NCBI GenBank assembly: GCA_026394505.1
Contig: JAPKYC010000300.1
Location: 1-54,056 of the forward strand
Source of the DNA: Methanothrix sp.
GTDB lineage: Archaea > Halobacteriota > Methanosarcinia > Methanotrichales > Methanotrichaceae
Direction of reading: 5' to 3'
DNA length: 54,056 nt
A program made the position numbers and the translations under genes. The notes under the pieces are model-generated. The model saw nothing but the letters and a program-made list of their open reading frames with translations, was not told the origin of the DNA and searched no databases. This document shows positions 46,816 to 54,056 of the stretch, piece by piece (position 1 is the first letter of the stretch; each line of letters opens with the position of its first letter).

Positions 46816-47379
46816 TCTCATAGCCCAGGTGCTCGCTCCAATAATGCAAAGAATTACCTTAATCTATCTGAATATTCTTAACGGCATGCTATTTATCCGT
46901 TTCGGAAGATTTCAATAAGTGCTGTAATTCTCAACTGTGATCGAATGAACTGATATTGATTGACTTTCTGTCCACTTGTAGGGGTTCACTCCATGTGGCA
47001 ATGTGGCCTAAATGTCATCACTATGCAGTCTCCCGCGTGCGTGTGCCTGCGCGTGCCTGCGGGCGCACGTGGCCGCTCGGACGGGGGGCCGCCGGAGCCG
47101 CAGAGTGTGTATAGGGCTTGCTTCAATTGGGCTGTAGGCATGGTCTTAATTAGAATGAAGATCCACATTTGATGGAAAAAATATGCAGACCTCTACAGCC
47201 ATCATCCTTGCCATAGTTTTGCACATATTTCTTGATAAAGCTAATCCCCCTCAATCGTCTCTTTAGAATAACAGGGATTGATATATAAATAATAATAAAA
47301 ATTGTGAGTTTAATGGAGATATCAGCACCTACAGCTTTGCTGGGGGTGCGTCGCCGCTCGTTTGCCTAAATAGAAAAAT

Positions 47380-47781
47380 TTAAAATAGAGTCCCCTTCGG
47401 CTCCTTGACCAGAGCCACGGGCCTTCCCGATAGCTGGGCCAGCAGCCAGGGATCTACATCCAAGCTGGTCGGCGCCTGAAATTTGCCTGAATCCGTTCGA
47501 TTTATGATGATGGGAGTATAGTCCGCAAAGCTATTGGGATAATACCATTGAGGCTCAGTTCCCGGTGGGTAAAGTGTGCCGTTATGAAGCTTGAATCCCT
47601 TGGGCGCAGCCCCCCAGTTCCAGAGATTGTTGGCAATCTCCAGGGTACTTATCGGCTGAGTCCCGTACTTCTCCAGCCACGATTTCCCAAAGTCTTCGCC
47701 GACACTTTGAAACCCATAAGATAGTGGTATGCATATGAAGCTCAGGCATATGCAGATAATTGCGAAAGATGTTGCTTTCAT
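47380..47781 (-). CDS. Secreted hypothetical protein
   Basis: Signal peptide; VGEDFGKSWL, LWNWGAAPKG, DPWLLAQLSGRPV. Confidence 0.75.
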   Translation of the reverse strand: MKATSFAIICICLSFICIPLSYGFQSVGEDFGKSWLEKYGTQPISTLEIANNLWNWGAAPKGFKLHNGTLYPPGTEPQWYYPNSFADYTPIIINRTDSGKFQAPTSLDVDPWLLAQLSGRPVALVKEPKGTLF

Positions 47782-47803
47782 CTAATTTCCCCCAAAGCTT
47801 TTA

Positions 47804-48142
47804 TCAATAACCCATGTGGTTCATTCTGAGGACGGCATAGGTCTGGGCGCTCTTGGGATCATAATTGGGCGGCAATGGAGCCTTAGGTGGCTTAGAACCC
47901 CAATCGGAGAGATTTCTTGAGGCATTTGTCAGATTTTGCAGCAATAGGTTTCCATCGTCTCCGCCAAGATGCAGGGCAGAAGCGTCCTGCGAGAGGTTAA
48001 TCGATGAATTGCTGGTCGAATTGTTTGTCAATCCTCCTAAGAGCAGATTTCCATCCCTGCCTCCCAGGTTGACCATTGATTTGCTTTGGGCCAACAGGAG
48101 CAGCGCTATCATTACTACAGGGATCAATATCAATCGTTTCAT
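47804..48142 (-). CDS. Secreted hypothetical protein with two LGGxDGNLLL repeats
   Basis: Signal peptide MKRLILIPVVMIALLLLA; NLGGRDGNLLLGGLTN / HLGGDDGNLLLQNLTN; LSDWGSKPP. Confidence 0.75.
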   Translation of the reverse strand: MKRLILIPVVMIALLLLAQSKSMVNLGGRDGNLLLGGLTNNSTSNSSINLSQDASALHLGGDDGNLLLQNLTNASRNLSDWGSKPPKAPLPPNYDPKSAQTYAVLRMNHMGY

Positions 48143-48144
48143 TT

Positions 48145-48720
48145 CTAGCAAACCTCGCCAAAGACCTCAAAGTATGCCTGCTCATGCTTGCAAGCTGGGC
48201 ACTCCTCCGGAGCAACATTTCCCTCATGCATATAACCGCAATTGCGGCATCTCCAGACAACCTTGCCGCTTCTCTTGAAGACAACGCCCTCATCAAGATT
48301 CTTTTTCAGGGAGAGGTACCTTCTTTCATGCCCCTTTTCGGCGACGGCTATGTTGAGGAAGGTTGTAGCAATCTCTGGCAAGCCCTCAGACTTGGCGATA
48401 TCTGCAAAAGATGGATACATCTCGGCATATTCGTATCGCTCGCCTTCTGCTGCCCCTTTTAGATTGGCATCAGTACCTGCAATGACTCCTGCGGGAAAAC
48501 GTGCGGAAACTTCTGCTTCTCCGCCCTCCAGCAGCTTGAAAAGCACTTTTGCGTGCTCCTTTTCATTGTCGGCAGTGTCAAGGAATATGGCAGCAATCTG
48601 CTCGTAGCCCTCTTTTTTTGCCTGAGAGGCAAAGAATGAATATCTATTTCGGGCCTGTGATTCTCCAGCAAATGCTGTCATCAGATTTTTCTCGGTCTTG
48701 GTACCTTTGAGGCTCTTCAT
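48145..48720 (-). CDS. rbr: Rubrerythrin
   Basis: AFAGESQARNRY, EKEHA, GERYE, EKGHE; C-terminal WRCRNCGY...CPACKH. Confidence 0.96.
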   Translation of the reverse strand: MKSLKGTKTEKNLMTAFAGESQARNRYSFFASQAKKEGYEQIAAIFLDTADNEKEHAKVLFKLLEGGEAEVSARFPAGVIAGTDANLKGAAEGERYEYAEMYPSFADIAKSEGLPEIATTFLNIAVAEKGHERRYLSLKKNLDEGVVFKRSGKVVWRCRNCGYMHEGNVAPEECPACKHEQAYFEVFGEVC

Positions 48721-48767
48721 TCTTGCATCACCTGAAAATGGTTTGCTCACTATGCATGTCATTGGTA

Positions 48768-48778
48768 TATCTATGCTT
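48768..48778 (-). promoter_or_regulatory. Putative promoter AAGCATAGATA upstream of rbr
   Basis: The identical 11-mer also lies upstream of the second rubrerythrin (51287-51297). Confidence 0.5.
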
Positions 48779-48943
48779 CGGAGGCAACGGGCAGCGATTC
48801 ACGACAGGGGTACGATTCAAACCTTGGGAACAGAGCCTATGAGTGGGCCGTCATCTTTTTAACTATTTCCGTGGCTTTCGGAATACGAGGCCGAACGCAA
48901 GGATAAAAGTTGTAGCAGCACCGGGCCCACGTGCAGGTTTTTC

Positions 48944-49192
48944 ATGAGAGACGGATGGATTAGAAGAAGGATTGTATGGTACCTGAAGAAAAAGCAAGTT
49001 TTAGCGTGGCGGGCTAAAAGGAGAGGAGGGTGTGTCCGGTGCGGCAGATGCTGTGAGCTGTGCCTCGCTCATGACGCTAAAAACAAGCGCTGCAGGATCT
49101 ACCGTATTCGGCCCAGCATATGCAAAGCCTTCCCGCTGACGCCTGAGGATTTAAATAATATTTATACCTGCGGATTTCATTTTAATAAATAG
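48944..49192 (+). CDS. Small YkgJ-family Cys-cluster protein
   Basis: CVRCGRCC..C...RCRIY..RPSICKAFP...CGF. Confidence 0.8.
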   Translation: MRDGWIRRRIVWYLKKKQVLAWRAKRRGGCVRCGRCCELCLAHDAKNKRCRIYRIRPSICKAFPLTPEDLNNIYTCGFHFNK

Positions 49193-49222
49193 AGATTTCG
49201 GCTCTGGAATGTGATCTCTGCC

Positions 49223-50131
49223 TCATATCACCTTCTCCAGCTCATCCCTCTTGAGCATATGCACCTCTAACATGTGATGGGGATGATAGCGTGTCTTCGC
49301 CTCGCGGATGCCCTCCACGCCCATGTCGCTCTCCCGGTTGATGTAAATGTAATCTCTGGCCAGGATCCTGGCTGTCTCGGCATTGACGGCCCGGTAGATC
49401 CCTTTGCAATCGGGAAGGCCCTTCTCGAAATGCACCAGTGCCGTATCATTATTCAGCCCCTCAAAGAGGGACATGGCCCCGATCTTGCCATTGGCCCGGA
49501 TGGCAATGCCAAAGATCTGCAGCTCTTCATAATGAGATAAGGCCAAGGACACTGCCTCTTTTTCGCTGGCGAGCACCGGATCTGAGTCGCAGTCCTTCCA
49601 GTCGCACCATAGATCCAGGAAATCTTTGATCTCGTTGAGATTCTCTTTGCTGATCATCTCCATCTGGGGCATGCAGGTCTTCTGGAATTTGTTGAGCTGA
49701 TGCCGGATGGTTAGATATTTCTTGCCCGGCAATTCCGCCAGATCCGAGGCCAGATAGACATATTCAAAGTACTTTCTCTCCGCATGAAATGGCAGATCGG
49801 GATAAAGCCCTTCCATCCACTCTTTCGTCTCCGGGTCCAGGATTACGAAAGGATGCTCTTCCCCGCTCTCGGCGGCAAGCCTCAGGACGTCTGCGAGAAG
49901 CTCGGGATTTCTGGGACCAATGGGCGGACGGTAGCGCGTCATTTCCGCAATGGTGCTGCAAAGGACCAGGCAGCCTTCCCGGTAGGCGTACCTGTAATGA
50001 GCATAATCATTCCAGCAGACCATGTTGGTGAAGGTGTTATCGCTGTGAACCTGGTGGTAACTCTGGTAATGCTTGCGGAAGAAATCCCGGTCCGAGAGAG
50101 AGATGGGCTTGAAGTCGGCGGCGCTCAGCAT
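49223..50131 (-). CDS. DUF2156 (phosphatidylglycerol lysyltransferase C-terminal-like) protein
   Basis: EYVY...DL..L.GKKY...R..LNKF, VHFEKG, YINRESDMGVEGIREAK..Y.P. Confidence 0.88.
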   Translation of the reverse strand: MLSAADFKPISLSDRDFFRKHYQSYHQVHSDNTFTNMVCWNDYAHYRYAYREGCLVLCSTIAEMTRYRPPIGPRNPELLADVLRLAAESGEEHPFVILDPETKEWMEGLYPDLPFHAERKYFEYVYLASDLAELPGKKYLTIRHQLNKFQKTCMPQMEMISKENLNEIKDFLDLWCDWKDCDSDPVLASEKEAVSLALSHYEELQIFGIAIRANGKIGAMSLFEGLNNDTALVHFEKGLPDCKGIYRAVNAETARILARDYIYINRESDMGVEGIREAKTRYHPHHMLEVHMLKRDELEKVI

Positions 50132-50577
50132 CCTTTTGTCTCCTCATGAAAGAGCATGGGCACATGTCTGGGCATGGGTGCAAATCCCAGGGACCTATAA
50201 AACTCCTCTTTGCCTGGCTCCGCTATCAGGCCTATCCAGGTGATCTTGCGAGAACTGCACTCCGCTAAAAGCGTGGTGAGAATCATTGTTCCTACACCCC
50301 GGCTCCTCTTGTCACCCCGCACCACCAGATCCTGAATATAAGCATCTGCAATTCCATCGGAAATCACACGGCCCATACCCACTGCCCTGCCGGTAGAAAT
50401 ATCAATCGCCACGACGAATAGAAAGCTTCCCCGGATCAAATCATTGATTTTGCTTGCATCCATCTCCTCCTTCCACCAGCCTGCGGCTCGATAGAGTTCC
50501 ACTATCTGTTCCTCCTGCCAGGATTGCACGAGATCGACCCTGAATGAATTTTCTTTCTGCAATTTGTCTTCCGTCAA
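50125..50577 (-). CDS. GNAT family N-acetyltransferase
   Basis: VGMGRVISDG..DAYIQDLVV...RSRGVG, FYRSLGF. Confidence 0.92.
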   Translation of the reverse strand: MTEDKLQKENSFRVDLVQSWQEEQIVELYRAAGWWKEEMDASKINDLIRGSFLFVVAIDISTGRAVGMGRVISDGIADAYIQDLVVRGDKRSRGVGTMILTTLLAECSSRKITWIGLIAEPGKEEFYRSLGFAPMPRHVPMLFHEETKGC

Positions 50578-50746
50578 TTTAGGCTTCTTCTGCGCAGTCT
50601 TCGTCTGTTCGTTATCTTATCCACTTCAAGATCATTGCTCATAGTAATGTCTTGTGGGCCTCAAAGCTGATAAAATTGTAAGGCGAGAGGAGACTCATCC
50701 TTCCGTCCTCTCTCTGAAATAGAATTTCTTGAATCTATTCTCTGGA

Positions 50747-51244
50747 TCAGTCCACTCTCAGGAAGAGCTTTCCTATGGCTCCGCAGACGGGACAGACACC
50801 AGGCGCTTCTCGCTCCACGGTATTGCCGCAGTAGGGGCAGACGTAGTAGGGGAAGGTCTCCTGGCTGGGGCTCAAGTTGCCTAAGAGCTTCCGGTAGAGT
50901 TGGGAGTGAATCTTCTCCACCTCATTGGCATAGTGGAAGGATGTTTCTGCCGCCTTATTGCCTTCCGCCTTGGCAGCCATTATCATTTCCGGATACATCG
51001 CTTCCCATTCCTCGTCCTCTCCGGATATGGCCGCCTGCAGGTTCTCTTTGGTGGACTTGATGCCTTTTAAAACTCGCAGATGATTTACGGCGTGAACCTC
51101 TTCTGCTGCTGCCGCAGCCCGGAAGAGCCTGGCTGCCTGGGCAAATCCTTCTTTATCCGCCTTGGCTGCAAAAGCGCTGTACTTGCGATTGGCCTGCGAC
51201 TCGCCGGCAAATGCCTCTTTTAGGAATTTCTCTGTTTTGGACAT
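50747..51244 (-). CDS. Rubrerythrin family protein
   Basis: AFAGESQANRKY, EEVHA, EKIH; YYVCPYCG...CPVCG. Confidence 0.95.
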   Translation of the reverse strand: MSKTEKFLKEAFAGESQANRKYSAFAAKADKEGFAQAARLFRAAAAAEEVHAVNHLRVLKGIKSTKENLQAAISGEDEEWEAMYPEMIMAAKAEGNKAAETSFHYANEVEKIHSQLYRKLLGNLSPSQETFPYYVCPYCGNTVEREAPGVCPVCGAIGKLFLRVD

Positions 51245-51286
51245 AGCTTGGAACCTTCCTTTGCGGTATCCTTCTTTTTGCTTATC

Positions 51287-51297
51287 TATCTATGCTT
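51287..51297 (-). promoter_or_regulatory. Putative promoter AAGCATAGATA upstream of the second rubrerythrin
   Basis: Same 11-mer as 48768-48778, at a similar distance from the start. Confidence 0.5.
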
Positions 51298-51456
51298 TTC
51301 GAGATCATGTCTGAGAACTCATGGCGCAGGTCGTCTGCCAGGCGTTCGATGACCTTTGCTCCCCAGCCGTCCTGTGCCTGACGCACCAGAATCTCTTGCA
51401 TTAGAATTTCGCTTGACATCTATCAACCGCCCCCCAAACTTAAAACCTATCTCCCC

Positions 51457-52317
51457 TTACCGCTTCCACTTGACGCTATCGCCCTTGACCTTTATTACCC
51501 CGTTCTTCTCCAGCGATCTGGCCAGCTCCGTAGCCGCGCTGCTGCCGTCTATCTCCAGCAGATCTCCTTTGCTCTCCATCCTAAATTCGCATCTCTCCCG
51601 GAAAGCCTTCATGTCTACCCTACCAGGCGTCGGCTCTTCCAGATCAAAGATGAGCTTTCCCAAAAAGACAAGGCGCATGTATTCCCTTTCATATTCATCA
51701 CTAAACTCTTCATCCAGCTCCTCAGCGAGAACGGCAGAGAACTCATCAACGAAAATCTGAGCCCTCGGCTCAAGGGTGAAGACCGTGGTCGTCCTGGCCA
51801 GCTCGCTCTTTTCCTCCTCATCATCAAAGACGCGCAGGATGGGATCATCGAGTTTGCCGCCCACCTCTTCTCCAATCTCGATATCATTTCGGTCCAGGAC
51901 AAGATCGACAAAAGCGTCCGCATTGGACACATCAATCAGATCCGCCATTATTGCCTCGTAATTCTTCCTTCTGGCTTCCTGTTCATCCTCAGATAGATCG
52001 CCTTCAAAGGTCTCACAAAACAGCTTCCTCTTTTCGTTCACTTGCGGATCAATTTCCAGATGAAGCCTTTCCTGGAAGTCCTCGGGGCTGGCGCCTGCCG
52101 CCAGAACCTTTCGCAGGGCAATTATGTATCGTTCATACCTTGCATAGTCCTTTTCCAGCAGTTCTCCCTTCATCACACTCATCCGGCCCTCCAGGTAATG
52201 GAAGAGCTCCAGGTAGCTAATGGTGAAGGTTCTGATATCCACTTTCATTCCCCCGTGTTTAAGCCGGTCGGCGATGTCCCGGGCCTCATCCTCGTCGTAT
52301 TCTCCAAGCAAGAACAT
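51457..52317 (-). CDS. Acidic hypothetical protein with a possible C-terminal winged helix
   Basis: Long Glu/Asp-rich ORF; ends ELARSLEKNGVIKVKGDSVKW. Confidence 0.75.
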   Translation of the reverse strand: MFLLGEYDEDEARDIADRLKHGGMKVDIRTFTISYLELFHYLEGRMSVMKGELLEKDYARYERYIIALRKVLAAGASPEDFQERLHLEIDPQVNEKRKLFCETFEGDLSEDEQEARRKNYEAIMADLIDVSNADAFVDLVLDRNDIEIGEEVGGKLDDPILRVFDDEEEKSELARTTTVFTLEPRAQIFVDEFSAVLAEELDEEFSDEYEREYMRLVFLGKLIFDLEEPTPGRVDMKAFRERCEFRMESKGDLLEIDGSSAATELARSLEKNGVIKVKGDSVKWKR

Positions 52318-52487
52318 GATTTAGGGATACGCCTCGCATGCTTAAGAAGGTTTTTCAATGAATAATGTTCATTCAGGCTTCCGATCATAGTAAACACAAA
52401 TGCTAACCATGATCTAATCCATGAGCGCTCATGCAAAACATCTTTATCCCATCCGCTACAAAACTTCGCCCTCAGGCAGGGTGTCGG

Positions 52488-53534
52488 ATGAGAGAGGTAT
52501 TGCTGGAATCCCGAGATGACAGGCAGCATGTCTATCTGCCGGAGAAGTGCATCGGCTGTGGATCATGCGTGCAGATCTGCCCCAAAGAGGAGCTTGTCAT
52601 CGGCTCTGTGGGCGCGGTGGCCCGCGGGCTGATTGATAAAGATTTCATTGAGAAGAAAAGAAGCGGGGCCTGCGTTTTATGCGCTCTGTGCGCCCGCGTC
52701 TGCCCCACCGGGGCTCTTGAGGTCAGGACGGCTGGCAAGGCCGAAAAGGACGGGTCCTATCTCAACGTTGCATTGCAGCCCACGACTGTAAACGATAGAT
52801 GCGTGCACTGCGGCCTGTGTGTCGATGTTTGCCCGCAGGGCTGCATTGAGATAAAAGACCGGCAACTGGCGGAAGACGGCAGCCTGAGGCTGGAAGGCAA
52901 GACCATCATCGACCTCGACCGGTGCGTGCACTGCGGCTGGTGCGCCCAGGTCTGTCCGGCGGGAGCCATAACCTTCCAAAAGCCCTTTGCTGGCCAGTTC
53001 TCCCGAGACGAAAACGTCTGCCAGGCCTGCCGGACCTGCGTTAACACCTGTCCCGCTCATGCCCTCTTCAATAAAGAGTGGGGGCCGGGCGAGATCGTGG
53101 AGAAGGTGAGCCACAGGAAGGATGCCTGCATCTACTGCGGAGCATGCGAAAATGCCTGCCCGGTTGCAGCCATCTCCGTTCAGAAGACGGCAATCATTCC
53201 CGAGATGAAAGGAAAGAAGGCTCTGGAGAAGAAACTGAGTGCTCCTGCAGCCAGGCCCACATTGACCTCCGTTCTTAAGACCGATGAGGATGCCTGTCTT
53301 GGCTGCGGAAACTGCGTCATTGCCTGTCCGGTCAATGCCCTCTTTGATCCCTATCTTGCCGCCGGCCATCTCAACGAACTGGATGAAAAACCGCTTCTGG
53401 AAGTATTGAACGGTACAGTCCGAGTTGTGAATCAGGAGGTCTGCGGCTCCTGCGCCACATGCAGCATGATCTGCCCGGTAGAGGCCATATGGCTTACGCG
53501 AAGGGAGGTGGCCTGGAATGGCTGCTACTACTAA
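52488..53534 (+). CDS. fmdF: Formylmethanofuran dehydrogenase subunit F (polyferredoxin)
   Basis: Eight CxxCxxCxxxCP motifs; directly upstream of subunit A. Confidence 0.9.
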   Translation: MREVLLESRDDRQHVYLPEKCIGCGSCVQICPKEELVIGSVGAVARGLIDKDFIEKKRSGACVLCALCARVCPTGALEVRTAGKAEKDGSYLNVALQPTTVNDRCVHCGLCVDVCPQGCIEIKDRQLAEDGSLRLEGKTIIDLDRCVHCGWCAQVCPAGAITFQKPFAGQFSRDENVCQACRTCVNTCPAHALFNKEWGPGEIVEKVSHRKDACIYCGACENACPVAAISVQKTAIIPEMKGKKALEKKLSAPAARPTLTSVLKTDEDACLGCGNCVIACPVNALFDPYLAAGHLNELDEKPLLEVLNGTVRVVNQEVCGSCATCSMICPVEAIWLTRREVAWNGCYY

Positions 53535-54056
53535 TACAACTACTATCAGAAACGGCTACGTATTCGATCCCCTCAATGGAATAAACGGCGATGTTTCGGA
53601 TATTTTCATAAAGGACGGAAAGGTGGTCTCCAGCCTCACCAGCGCGGAGCAGAGGGATGCCATGATCATCAACGCCACGGGAAAGACGGTCATGCCTGGG
53701 GGCGTGGACTCCCATTCTCACGTGGCCGGAGCCAAGGTCAATGCCGGCCGGCTCATGCGCCCCGAGGATCACTACAAATCGGTGCGGACCAAGACGGCCT
53801 TAACCCATTCGGGCAGCGGCTACACCGTCCCTTCCGTTTACAAGCAGGGCTATGACTATGCAGCCATGGGCTACACCACAGTCTTTGAGGCAGCCATGCC
53901 GCCTCTCGAAGCCCGCCACACCCATGAGGAGATGCGCTCCACTCCCATTCTGGATATGGGCGCTTACCTGGTTTTAGGCAACAACTGGTTTGTCATGCGT
54001 TACCTGAAAGAGGGAGATGTAGAGAAGGCAGCCGCCTATGTGGCCTGGATGATGAG
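53518..54056 (+). CDS. fmdA: Formylmethanofuran dehydrogenase subunit A (5' part; runs off the window)
   Basis: My translation: IRNGYVFDPLNGING...VMPGGVDSHSHVAGAKVNAGRLMRPEDH...YAAMGYTTVFEAAMPPLEARHTHEE; GGAGGTG RBS; absent from the ORF track because it has no stop in the window. Confidence 0.95.
   Translation, partial: MAATTNTTTIRNGYVFDPLNGINGDVSDIFIKDGKVVSSLTSAEQRDAMIINATGKTVMPGGVDSHSHVAGAKVNAGRLMRPEDHYKSVRTKTALTHSGSGYTVPSVYKQGYDYAAMGYTTVFEAAMPPLEARHTHEEMRSTPILDMGAYLVLGNNWFVMRYLKEGDVEKAAAYVAWMM

Noticed and set aside
46960-47172. Short ORFs on both strands over the GC-rich island
   Set aside because: No RBS or family motif; composition driven by the repeat-like sequence
52488-54056. fmd genes as a novelty
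   Set aside because: Standard methanogen C1 pathway genes

Overview
Window from a methanogenic archaeon. The archaeal r-protein cluster (S19e, L39e, L31e, aIF6, L18Ae, prefoldin, FtsY), NAC, fmdF/fmdA and many signal-peptide orphan proteins fit a Methanothrix/Methanosarcinales-like host; the taxon is inferred, not proven. The centre (about 18.2-46.8 kb, minus strand, about 22 co-oriented genes) is an apparently intact extracellular contractile injection system (eCIS, phage-tail-like) with no capsid, portal, terminase or integrase. Its unusual features are: (i) a 1065-aa sheath with a nested 7-blade BNR/YCF48-like beta-propeller; (ii) three DUF4157 (HExxH) cargo proteins with different C-terminal domains, namely a YkuD-type L,D-transpeptidase, a Tgl-like transglutaminase and a second putative peptidoglycan-acting His/Cys domain, in a host lineage that has no peptidoglycan; (iii) no PAAR gene, but a spike ending in an HxH metal-tip motif. 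The flanks carry an IS1-family element with a -1 frameshift and a damaged right end, a probable DUF5788 pseudogene, a degenerate solo Cas4, an HD-YwgA-like fusion, a GDPD-Cys-rich fusion, two rubrerythrins and the start of a formylmethanofuran dehydrogenase operon. All family calls come from motif recognition by eye; no database searches were run.
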